Shown here piece by piece: positions 34,311 through 41,460 of a stretch of 53,143 bases of DNA (position 1 is the first letter of the stretch; each line of letters begins with the position of its first letter). The notes below the pieces were generated by a model. It did no database searches. It was not told the DNA's origin and saw nothing but the letters and a program-made list of their open reading frames with translations. Source of the DNA: a virus. The stretch lies in the IMG/VR virus record IMGVR_UViG_3300045988_065744; one strand, 5' to 3'. Made by a program: the position numbers and the translations under genes.

Positions 34311-35549
34311 ATGAAAACATTTTGTAAACCAAAAGACGTTGACATTGAGGATGTCGGTTTCAACCTGTCAGCGGTACATTGTGCGTTTGGAAACGGAAAA
34401 CTCCGGCGCAGGGATTTTAGAACGGTTCTAACAAAGACCGGAAAAATCTCTGAACCGGAGCTGTTTCATGAACGAAAGAACCACGAGTGCAGGAAGATCG
34501 TTGATGCCATTGACGCAGTGGCCGAACGGGAAACACAGAAGATTAGGGATGAATGCCTTGACCTGAAACCTGTCCGGCAGTTCAAGCGGATTGATGGCAT
34601 CAAGATGAAGGAACGGGACCTTTGCCAGGAATCACCGGAACAGCAGGTACATGAGTACATTCTTGTTCATGCACTGCAACCGCTACTCCATGCAAAGCTG
34701 CTGCCGATGCAGTTCGGGAGCATCCCGGGCAAAGGACAGGTGGCGGGAACGCGGCAGATTGAGCGGATCGTCCGAAAGAAAATCCTTGGCAAACTGGATG
34801 CAGTCAAGGGCGATGTGCACAAAGCATATCCGTCTACAACGATAGTCTGCGTGATAACGCTTTTGAAACGGGACATCAGAAAGAACAAAAAGCTGATCTG
34901 GTATGCCGGTGCCGTGACCGAAAACTACCCGGACGGCGTGCTGCTAATCGGCGGGTATTTCTCAACGTGGGCTTTCAACTACGTTATGAGCTATATTCTC
35001 CGATACCTGCTATCTCTAAAGCAGGTCCGGCGCGGCACGGGGACACGGCTTGTCCGCGAGATCGTCTGCTATGCGGATGATTTTGTAATCATCGGGCACG
35101 CATCACAGCTGATGAAAGCGATGAAGAAGGCGACCCGCTGGGTAAAGTCCACACTGGGCTTAGAGTTAAAGCAGGCATGGCAGCAGGTGCGCTTTGCATC
35201 ATTCGAGGAAGAAAAGCGTGCGAAAGCCGCCAGAGCGCAGGGAAGCAAACACCGTACACCGGCGCTGGACATGATGGGATTCGCGGTGCGCCGCACATAT
35301 ACCATCGTCCGCAAAGGCGTGTTCCGCCGCATCAGGCGGCAGCTGATCCGCGCAGGGCGTAACCTTGCAATGCTGGGCTATGTTCCGCATTGGCGTGCAT
35401 CAAAGCTGACCGCATACAACGGCTGGTTTACAAACAGCGATAGCGCAAACCTTGAAGAAAAATATCAGGTCGAAACGATCATGAAAGCAGCGCGGTGGAG
35501 CGTTGCCCGATGGTCGATGATCCAGAACAACAGGAGGAAAGCAGCATGA
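34311..35549 (+). CDS. Reverse transcriptase, DGR type
   Basis: 412 aa. YADD catalytic box (IVCYADDFVIIG). LLIGGYFSTW occupies the position of the DGR-typical IGxxxSQ motif. It lies 205 nt downstream of the TR. Confidence 0.88.
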   Translation: MKTFCKPKDVDIEDVGFNLSAVHCAFGNGKLRRRDFRTVLTKTGKISEPELFHERKNHECRKIVDAIDAVAERETQKIRDECLDLKPVRQFKRIDGIKMKERDLCQESPEQQVHEYILVHALQPLLHAKLLPMQFGSIPGKGQVAGTRQIERIVRKKILGKLDAVKGDVHKAYPSTTIVCVITLLKRDIRKNKKLIWYAGAVTENYPDGVLLIGGYFSTWAFNYVMSYILRYLLSLKQVRRGTGTRLVREIVCYADDFVIIGHASQLMKAMKKATRWVKSTLGLELKQAWQQVRFASFEEEKRAKAARAQGSKHRTPALDMMGFAVRRTYTIVRKGVFRRIRRQLIRAGRNLAMLGYVPHWRASKLTAYNGWFTNSDSANLEEKYQVETIMKAARWSVARWSMIQNNRRKAA

Positions 35550-35932
35550 GTGAGATTTATCCCTTCCTGCCGGCCGCCGTTGAGGTGTTTCGCGTTGGCA
35601 GCAAAACGGACATGATCCTGCGGAAGGATATCAAAAAGCAGGAACAGACCGATGACGAAGGCAAGAAGTATACCGTCTACGCCTGCGACGAACGCCAGCA
35701 GCGTGTGGATGGTGTGCTGACCGCCGAGGAAGTTCAGACGGACTTTGACAAATGGTGGGACTATGCGCCGCCTACACCCGTCCCGGTGCCGGAAGAAAAG
35801 AAGCTGGAAGACCGGGTGAAGGAGCTGGAAAACCAGAACGCCACCATGGCAGACCAGCTCACTAGCACCCAGATGGCGCTTTGTGATGTGTACGAACAGG
35901 TGCTGAGCGTGACCAGCACCGCCACGGAATGA
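35546..35932 (+). CDS. Hypothetical protein with C-terminal coiled coil
   Basis: ATG at 35546 (caggagg RBS) overlaps the RT stop. 128 aa. Confidence 0.55.
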   Translation: MSEIYPFLPAAVEVFRVGSKTDMILRKDIKKQEQTDDEGKKYTVYACDERQQRVDGVLTAEEVQTDFDKWWDYAPPTPVPVPEEKKLEDRVKELENQNATMADQLTSTQMALCDVYEQVLSVTSTATE

Positions 35933-35948
35933 GCAGGGGGTATGAACT

Positions 35949-36074
35949 ATGAGCACTGACTACATGGCAACGGTCTACGCAGACCTGATTCGCAAAGGCA
36001 AGAAAACTCTGGCACAGGTGCCCAAGAGCTTGCAGAAAAAGGTGAAAGCCCTGCTGGCGGAGGACAACAAGTGA
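35949..36074 (+). CDS. Mini-protein (41 aa), paralogue 1
   Basis: MSTDYMATVYADLIRKGKKTLAQVPKSLQKKVKALLAEDNK. Below the ORF-track cutoff. Shares VYA.LI.KG.KT..QVP with the next ORF. Confidence 0.5.
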   Translation: MSTDYMATVYADLIRKGKKTLAQVPKSLQKKVKALLAEDNK

Positions 36075-36127
36075 GTGTTCTTCGTGAGCTGATGCTTAAA
36101 ATTTTGCTGAAAAAGGAGGTGGACGTA

Positions 36128-36244
36128 ATGGCAGTTGTCTATGCTACCCTTATCATCAAGGGCAGGAAGACCATTGACCAGGTTCCGGCAATCATCCGGG
36201 ATGAGGTCAAGCAGATTCTGAAAGACCTGGAAGTTGAGGTCTGA
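36128..36244 (+). CDS. Mini-protein (38 aa), paralogue 2
   Basis: MAVVYATLIIKGRKTIDQVPAIIRDEVKQILKDLEVEV, with RBS aaaaaggaggtg. Confidence 0.55.
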   Translation: MAVVYATLIIKGRKTIDQVPAIIRDEVKQILKDLEVEV

Positions 36245-36302
36245 GGAAACGGCGGGGTGCGGCGGGAGCCGCGCCCCATTTTATTTGAAAGGGCGTGATC
36301 GT

Positions 36303-36725
36303 ATGGCACTGAACGTGTATTCCCTTGAACGGGACGGCGAAAAAAGCCTGTCCAAGAATTTTAAGGTGAAGGAGTTTCGCTGCAAGGATGGGTCTGATCC
36401 TATCTTTATCGACAGTGAACTGGTGAAGATTTTGCAGAAGGTCCGTGACCACTTCGGCAAGCCGGTAATCATCAACTCGGCATACCGGACTGCCGCCTAC
36501 AATCTGAGCAAGAAGGTGGGCGGTGCAAAATTCAGTCAGCACCAGTACGGAAAGGCGGCCGACATCTACATCCAAGGCATTCTTATCACGAAGCTGGCAG
36601 AGTATGTGGAAACGCTGATGCCGAACAAGGGCGGCATTGGCATCTATCCCATCAAGACCGGCGTGCGGAACTGTGCCTTTGTTCATGTGGATGTTCGCGC
36701 CACGAAGGGCCGCTGGAAGGGCTGA
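36303..36725 (+). CDS. Endolysin, peptidase M15 (zinc D-Ala-D-Ala peptidase-like)
   Basis: Start at MALNVYSL. FKVKEFRCKDG..., SQHQYGKAADI and FVHVDVR give the H-x6-D ... H-x-D zinc-ligand pattern. Confidence 0.75.
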   Translation: MALNVYSLERDGEKSLSKNFKVKEFRCKDGSDPIFIDSELVKILQKVRDHFGKPVIINSAYRTAAYNLSKKVGGAKFSQHQYGKAADIYIQGILITKLAEYVETLMPNKGGIGIYPIKTGVRNCAFVHVDVRATKGRWKG

Positions 36726-36753
36726 TCCGGCGGCAGAGTAGGAGGAAAACAAT

Positions 36754-37158
36754 ATGATGGATATTCTGAAATCGTTTCTTATGATCTTCCCGGAATGGCT
36801 GGCAGCTATTCTTGTGGCGGTCGGCGCGGTAGTTGCTGCGCTGGGGCTGGTCCGTCTGGGCTACGGCCTGTTCGTGGCAAAGACGGTTTATAAGTGGATC
36901 GTCAACGCGGAGGAAAAGTTCGGCAGCGGCATGGGTGCGGAAAAGAAAGCCCACGTTATTGCAGTGCTGCGCGGCTACACCCCGGACTGGCTGGACTGGG
37001 CAATCAATGAGAAGACGCTGGACTGGATCGTGCAGATGGTGTTCAATGTCACCAAAAACAAGCTGGAAGACTACATGGAAAAGAAATCCGCAGAAACCAC
37101 CCAGACGGTGGCCCACTTCGGTAACGTGGGGGAGGGCAAGAACAGCCGCAAGGAGTAA
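36754..37158 (+). CDS. Holin-like membrane protein (LL-H type?)
   Basis: 134 aa. N-terminal TM segment WLAAILVAVGAVVAALGLV. Adjacent to the endolysin. Confidence 0.45.
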   Translation: MMDILKSFLMIFPEWLAAILVAVGAVVAALGLVRLGYGLFVAKTVYKWIVNAEEKFGSGMGAEKKAHVIAVLRGYTPDWLDWAINEKTLDWIVQMVFNVTKNKLEDYMEKKSAETTQTVAHFGNVGEGKNSRKE

Positions 37159-37161
37159 ACA

Positions 37162-37494
37162 ATGCTGGAATTTATCATCAAGTATTGGATGGAATGGGGT
37201 TTCGGCATTGTTGCTGGCGGCCTGACGCTGGCGTACCGGAGACTTTCAAAGAAAGTCAAGGAACAGAAGGATGAAAACAAGGCCATGAAGGACGGCTTGA
37301 AAGCAATCCTTCATGATCGCCTGTACCAATCGTGCAATTACTACATCGCAAGAGGTTGGATTGACACGGTGGGCCTGACGAACATTGGCTATCTTTACAA
37401 CAGCTACCATGCGCTGGGAGGGAACGGAACGGGTACGGAATTGTATAACCGAGCCAAAGCACTGCCCATCAAGAACAGCTACACAGAAGAATAA
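37162..37494 (+). CDS. Putative holin / membrane protein
   Basis: 110 aa with one TM (WGFGIVAGGLTLAY). Last gene of the late operon. Confidence 0.35.
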   Translation: MLEFIIKYWMEWGFGIVAGGLTLAYRRLSKKVKEQKDENKAMKDGLKAILHDRLYQSCNYYIARGWIDTVGLTNIGYLYNSYHALGGNGTGTELYNRAKALPIKNSYTEE

Positions 37495-37501
37495 CAGACA
37501 A

Positions 37502-37548
37502 AATCCCCCGCTGGCAATCCGAAAGGAAAGCTGGCGGGGGATTTTTTG
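37502..37548 (+). terminator. Intrinsic terminator of the late operon
   Basis: 10-bp stem aatcccccgc (37502-37511) / gcgggggatt (37534-37543), followed by a T-run. Confidence 0.7.
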
Positions 37549-37560
37549 TTGTTGCAAATA

Positions 37561-39189
37561 TTACAAGTTGGTTACAGATTCAACGGAAATGCTCTTTCTC
37601 GCCTGAAAAATGGGAATTGCGATGTAAAAATAGGTGGGAAGGATAAAAATAGAAAAGTTCGACTGGGGGAGCAAAAGGTGGACCATTTGCTTCTCAGTCG
37701 AACAGCCTTCGGGCTGGTTCGACTGGGGAGCTTTTTTCATTTTTCCACAATCTTCCTCGGCAATGTTGAAATAGATGGTCAGTTCCGTGTTGCTCACCTC
37801 AATCTTGCTGACAAAGGTATCGATCAGGCGGCGGCGGTATGCCTTGGTTTTCTCGCTGGGGGCAATGAGGAACTGTTCCAGCAGGTACAGAACTTCTTCT
37901 TTGGAGAAGACAGGGAACTTCGGCTCAGATTCCAGCGACGACAGCTGGTAAGACAGCGTGTCTGCTTGCTGTTCCAGTTCGGCAAGGCGGTTGGTCAGCA
38001 TAGCCCCGGCAGTGCCGTTCTCCAAAGCGGCCAGCAGATTCTTTGCCTTGCGCTGCACGTCGGCAAGCTCGTGCTGCAATGCTTCCTTCTCCGGGTTTGG
38101 CTGGTTCAGTTCGGCGGTTTGGGCTTCAATCACACTGTCTGCAATGCGATCCATCACGTCCGGCTGCAACACGTCGTTACAGACGGTGCGGATCACCAGA
38201 CCTTCCAGCTCGTCCTTCGGGATGTTCCGGCGGTGGCAGTCCTTGCACGGACAGTTGTAGTAGAAGTACACCTCGCCGTTGCTGCTGTGGCCGGACACGC
38301 CCTTCATGGCAGTGCCGCACTCGCCGCAAAACAGCTTGCCGGACAGGATGTAGTCCGCGCGGTCATTGCGCGGGGAACGGCTCTGACGGTTACGAATAAA
38401 CATCTTCTGCGCCCTCTCCCATAGATCGTCGTCAATAATGGCCGGTACTGCGCCCTCAATGCGCACGTCAAACTTGGGGCTGACATACACGCCCCGGTAC
38501 ACCTCGTTCTGGATGATGCGCACCACGCTGGACTTGTTGAACGGGTTGCCCCGGCTGGTGCACAAGCCCTGCTCGTTCAGGTGCGCAACGATGGAAGAGG
38601 ATGCCGCCCCGGCGGCGTACTGCTCAAAGATATACCGCACGGCGGCAGCCCCGGCGGGGTCGATGATATACTTCTTGTCCTTGTCCACGGTAAGACCAAG
38701 GGGACGGGAACTGCCGATAGCCTTGCCCTTCAGGGCACTTTCCCGCATACCACGCCGCACCTTCTCGGCCAGTTCGGCAGAGTAGTATTCGGCAAGGGCT
38801 TCCATCAGGCCCTCCACGATGATGCCACCGGAACCTTCGACGTTGGCTTCTGCGGCATAGAGCAGCTCCACGCCGTTGTCGCGGAGTTTCTTTTTATAGA
38901 CGATGCTGTCATACCGGGAGCGGGCAATGCGGTCTGTTTTCCAGCAGATCACATAGTCGAACATCCCTTTCCCGGCATCGGCGATCATCTGCTGAAACTC
39001 CGGGCGGTCGTCCGTCTTGCCGGAGATATGCCGGTCAATATATTCATGCAGAATGACCATGCCGTGGATACGGGCGTAGGTCTCGCAGTCCCGGCGCTGG
39101 CCCTCAATGGACTGCTCCGTTTGATGGCTGCCGCCGCTGTAGCGGTAGTAGGCAACAAGCCGCTTGCCGCCGGTTGGTTGTTTCTTCAT
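37561..39189 (-). CDS. int: Large serine recombinase (integrase)
   Basis: Start at MKKQPTGG (aaaggtgg RBS). Resolvase domain YYRYSGGSHQTEQSIEGQ...WKTDRIARS, zinc ribbon CGECG...CPCKDC and a coiled coil. The last ~60 aa look non-protein-like. Confidence 0.88.
   Translation of the reverse strand: MKKQPTGGKRLVAYYRYSGGSHQTEQSIEGQRRDCETYARIHGMVILHEYIDRHISGKTDDRPEFQQMIADAGKGMFDYVICWKTDRIARSRYDSIVYKKKLRDNGVELLYAAEANVEGSGGIIVEGLMEALAEYYSAELAEKVRRGMRESALKGKAIGSSRPLGLTVDKDKKYIIDPAGAAAVRYIFEQYAAGAASSSIVAHLNEQGLCTSRGNPFNKSSVVRIIQNEVYRGVYVSPKFDVRIEGAVPAIIDDDLWERAQKMFIRNRQSRSPRNDRADYILSGKLFCGECGTAMKGVSGHSSNGEVYFYYNCPCKDCHRRNIPKDELEGLVIRTVCNDVLQPDVMDRIADSVIEAQTAELNQPNPEKEALQHELADVQRKAKNLLAALENGTAGAMLTNRLAELEQQADTLSYQLSSLESEPKFPVFSKEEVLYLLEQFLIAPSEKTKAYRRRLIDTFVSKIEVSNTELTIYFNIAEEDCGKMKKAPQSNQPEGCSTEKQMVHLLLPQSNFSIFILPTYFYIAIPIFQARKSISVESVTNL
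37657..37703. promoter_or_regulatory. Candidate attP core (47-bp imperfect palindrome)
   Basis: gttcgactgggggagcaaaaggt gg accatttgcttctcagtcgaac. The outer 9 bp are perfectly symmetric and the inner arms match at 10/13 with a 1-nt indel. It lies inside the 3-prime end of the integrase ORF. Confidence 0.35.
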
Positions 39190-39225
39190 AGGGACACCAC
39201 CTTTGCAGAAAGACAATGTGGAGCT

Positions 39226-39693
39226 TTACATGGCATCAAACAGGTCAATCACTTCCTGGGGAAGATTGTCGGTCTGCACAAGAACCATGCCGTTGTGAGC
39301 ATAAGCAGGGAATGAGCCAAAGCCTTCCATGATAACGGTGCCGTCCTTTTCGGTAGTCAGATAAGCGTCGGACGAAGGATCGAAAGTATACACCTCAATG
39401 TTATAATCGGGTGTTTTGTATTTGTAACCGTCTACGCCGCCGATAAGTTCAGCAGCCATACGAACCTTTTCCGTATAAGCAATACCGTTCTCGGAAAGCG
39501 CGGCTTCAAAATCGGAAAACGCATCATCGACCGATGCAGAAGATGAAACGGAAACGGAAGAAACCGGTTCCGAAGAACTGGACACAGCAGACGAAGCGCC
39601 ACTAGATGCAGGCACGGAACTGGAAGAACTGCCACAAGCGGAAAGAAGGAGAACGGCGGCACAGGAAACAGCAAAGACAGAAATTTTTCTCAT
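39226..39693 (-). CDS. Lipoprotein (lysogeny-module moron)
   Basis: MRKISVFAVSCAAVLLLSAC lipobox, followed by a Ser-rich linker. Confidence 0.7.
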   Translation of the reverse strand: MRKISVFAVSCAAVLLLSACGSSSSSVPASSGASSAVSSSSEPVSSVSVSSSASVDDAFSDFEAALSENGIAYTEKVRMAAELIGGVDGYKYKTPDYNIEVYTFDPSSDAYLTTEKDGTVIMEGFGSFPAYAHNGMVLVQTDNLPQEVIDLFDAM

Positions 39694-39728
39694 AAGATAA
39701 TACCTCCATAGAATAATTTGCATACACG

Positions 39729-39770
39729 AAAAAGCCTACCGGGCCTGTCCCCCGGTGGGCTTTTTCTTTT
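39729..39770. terminator. Bidirectional intrinsic terminator
   Basis: 11-bp stem agcctaccggg / cccggtgggct (one G-U pair), with an A-run upstream and a T-run downstream. Confidence 0.6.
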
Positions 39771-39823
39771 TGCGCGGATTTACTGGTGATTCTTCAGCCA
39801 CTCAGAAGCGGCACGTTGAAGAA

Positions 39824-40312
39824 CTAACCGGCGGTAGTACACGATTCGCTCTCCAGCGGCTCGTTCTTTTCCCGAAGGGCTTTGAACTCGTCGCTCTCGG
39901 CAATGCGCCGGGCTTCCTTATCGGGTATTGCTGTGCTCTGGTCTGCGGATTTTGCGGAACGGTCAAAGACGTTATGCACATACTTCAGAATCACGTCACG
40001 TTCCTGCGGGTCCAGATCAAGGAACGCTTCAATTACGGAACGCTGCTCCCTGCTCAGATCGTATTCCGTGGACAGCCGATCCAGCACGCTTGCCCGGGTC
40101 TGCTCAAGCATTTCGCCATCGCCAGTGCGGAGCCACTGTTCGTTGACACCGAACTCCCGGCAGATGGAACGGATAGTCTGATCTGTTGTTCCATTGACCC
40201 CGTTTTCGATACGGCTGACAGCAGACTTACCCATACCGATTACAGAGCCAAAATCCTCCATTGAAAGATTTTTCTCTTTACGGAGGACTTTAATTCTTTC
40301 GCCGATGGTCAT
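39824..40312 (-). CDS. CI-like repressor (XRE-family HTH)
   Basis: IGERIKVLRKEKNLSMEDFGSVIGMGKSAVSRIENG is a classic HTH_3 pattern. It is divergent from the early operon. Confidence 0.85.
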   Translation of the reverse strand: MTIGERIKVLRKEKNLSMEDFGSVIGMGKSAVSRIENGVNGTTDQTIRSICREFGVNEQWLRTGDGEMLEQTRASVLDRLSTEYDLSREQRSVIEAFLDLDPQERDVILKYVHNVFDRSAKSADQSTAIPDKEARRIAESDEFKALREKNEPLESESCTTAG

Positions 40313-40342
40313 TTATTTTATTCACCACCTTTCTGCAATCCC

Positions 40343-40371
40343 ATTATAGCAAATAAAGTTCCGAAAATCAA
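40343..40371 (-). promoter_or_regulatory. Repressor promoter
   Basis: The minus strand reads TTGATT, 17 nt, then TATAAT with a TG extension (tgctataat). Operator O1 lies in the spacer. Confidence 0.6.
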
Positions 40372-40443
40372 CAAAAGAATCCCAGAAAACCATTGACAAT
40401 GTTCCGAAAATTGACTATAATGACACTGTAAAGTTCCGATAGG
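40358..40443. promoter_or_regulatory. Three operator-like repeats GTTCCGA(A/T)A
   Basis: gttccgaaaat at 40358-40368 and 40401-40411. gttccgatagg at 40433-40443. Confidence 0.6.
40393..40421 (+). promoter_or_regulatory. Early rightward promoter (perfect consensus)
   Basis: TTGACA (40393-40398), 17 nt, TATAAT (40416-40421). Operator O2 lies in the spacer. Confidence 0.7.
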
Positions 40444-40476
40444 CAACACAAAAGCAACAGAAAGGGGGTGAAGAAG
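40442..40476 (+). repeat. Direct repeat of early-operon leader/RBS, copy 1
   Basis: ggcaacacaaaagcaacagaaagggggtgaagaag. Copy 2 at 40974-41009 differs by 2 substitutions and 1 indel. Confidence 0.85.
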
Positions 40477-40671
40477 ATGAAAATTGTAATCACTGGCAGC
40501 GCAAAAGAAATTGCCGCCCTTGTATTAGCGGTACAAGGACGGCAAAAGGTCGAGAGCTTAACGATTGGTGGGGTCAGTACCAAGGCTCACGGCAATGATC
40601 TGATCGTAGAACACGGTCAGAATGGGGAAGTTCACAACGGGAGTTGTGGCTTCAAACCGAGCATCCCTTAA
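40477..40671 (+). CDS. Questionable short ORF after leader copy 1
   Basis: MKIVITGSAKEIAALVLAVQGRQ.... Its 3-prime 114 nt overlap the convergent ORF 40558..40926(-), so it may be shorter or non-coding. Confidence 0.2.
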   Translation: MKIVITGSAKEIAALVLAVQGRQKVESLTIGGVSTKAHGNDLIVEHGQNGEVHNGSCGFKPSIP

Positions 40672-40926
40672 CAGAATGAACTCGCCGCTTCCAGTGGAAC
40701 GCTCTTCATCGGGACTATCAGCCTTAGAGACAGCTTCAAGAGCCGCAGAGTTGAGCGCCTGTGCAACGGTAATGTTCAAATTGTCTGTTTTTTCATCAAA
40801 CACGGGAATGCCGCTGATGATGCCAGCGGCGGTGACGAGAAACAGGCGATTTGTTTCAAATCCCTTAAGAGAAATGGAATGAGCGTATCCGGCAAGGATA
40901 GCCTTTTTAGTTAACGACAGGCTCAT
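40558..40926 (-). CDS. Hypothetical protein (antisense moron inside the early leader duplication)
   Basis: 122 aa, strong RBS aaaggaggtg, with its own promoter. Confidence 0.6.
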   Translation of the reverse strand: MSLSLTKKAILAGYAHSISLKGFETNRLFLVTAAGIISGIPVFDEKTDNLNITVAQALNSAALEAVSKADSPDEERSTGSGEFILLRDARFEATTPVVNFPILTVFYDQIIAVSLGTDPTNR

Positions 40927-40949
40927 TTTTACACCTCCTTTCTGTGGCT

Positions 40950-40978
40950 ATTGTACCACGGTGGGAGGAGATGGGCAA
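40950..40978 (-). promoter_or_regulatory. Promoter of the antisense moron
   Basis: The minus strand reads TTGCCC, 17 nt, then TACAAT with a TG extension (tggtacaat). Confidence 0.5.
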
Positions 40979-41009
40979 CACGAGAGCAACAGAAAAGGGG
41001 GTGAAGAAG
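40974..41009 (+). repeat. Direct repeat of early-operon leader/RBS, copy 2
   Basis: ggcaacacgagagcaacagaaaagggggtgaagaag, directly before the GTG start at 41011. Confidence 0.85.
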
Positions 41010-41010
41010 T

Positions 41011-41262
41011 GTGATCCACAAAAAAGCATTTGATGAACTCGACGTGGACGAAGTGCTGAAACACTACGGCTACAAGCCGGAAGAGATTCATTGCAACGGC
41101 ATAGGAATCGGCGTGTGGCGCAAGGAAGAAGCGTTTCAGAAGTTGGGAGAAATCGGGGCAGTCGTGAGATTTATTGACCACAAAGCAAAAGCCCGGATCG
41201 AGTTCAACTACGACCCGGACTTCCCGGCGGCGCTGCTTATCACCAATGGCACCATATTATAG
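41011..41262 (+). CDS. Hypothetical early protein
   Basis: 83 aa, GTG start after gggggtgaagaag. Confidence 0.5.
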   Translation: MIHKKAFDELDVDEVLKHYGYKPEEIHCNGIGIGVWRKEEAFQKLGEIGAVVRFIDHKAKARIEFNYDPDFPAALLITNGTIL

Positions 41263-41301
41263 CACGACGGGAAGGAGCAGACAACAAAGGAGCGTGAGAG
41301 C

Positions 41302-41460
41302 ATGAGCGAGAAAGACAAGAGCCAGAGTAAGGAAATGGCCGAACTGCTGGCAGAGAACCCGGAAGCAGCAACCTATATCGCAGGCGTGGTTCAGGGCATG
41401 AAGCTGGCAAAGGCTGGCGCACAGGCACAGGAAGACAGAAAGGAGAGCGAACCGGCATGA
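41302..41460 (+). CDS. Hypothetical mini-protein (52 aa)
   Basis: MSEKDKSQSKEMAELLAENPEAATYIAGVVQGMKLAKAGAQAQEDRKESEPA, RBS aaaggag. Below the ORF-track cutoff. Confidence 0.4.
   Translation: MSEKDKSQSKEMAELLAENPEAATYIAGVVQGMKLAKAGAQAQEDRKESEPA

Larger units (their letters stand above)
32129..35549 (+). other. Diversity-generating retroelement cassette (target-VR, TR, RT; no recognisable Avd)
   Basis: Combination of the three elements above in canonical order. Confidence 0.88.

Noticed and set aside
34311-35549. Retron or group II intron interpretation of the reverse transcriptase.
   Set aside because: There are no msr/msd-like inverted repeats, intron RNA domains or a maturase/endonuclease extension. 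An adenine-specific TR/VR pair lies immediately upstream, which is diagnostic of a DGR.
37546-38424. 292-aa plus-strand ORF antisense to the integrase, and other plus-frame ORFs up to 39315.
   Set aside because: They are shadow frames. The minus strand encodes a complete serine recombinase with all domains.
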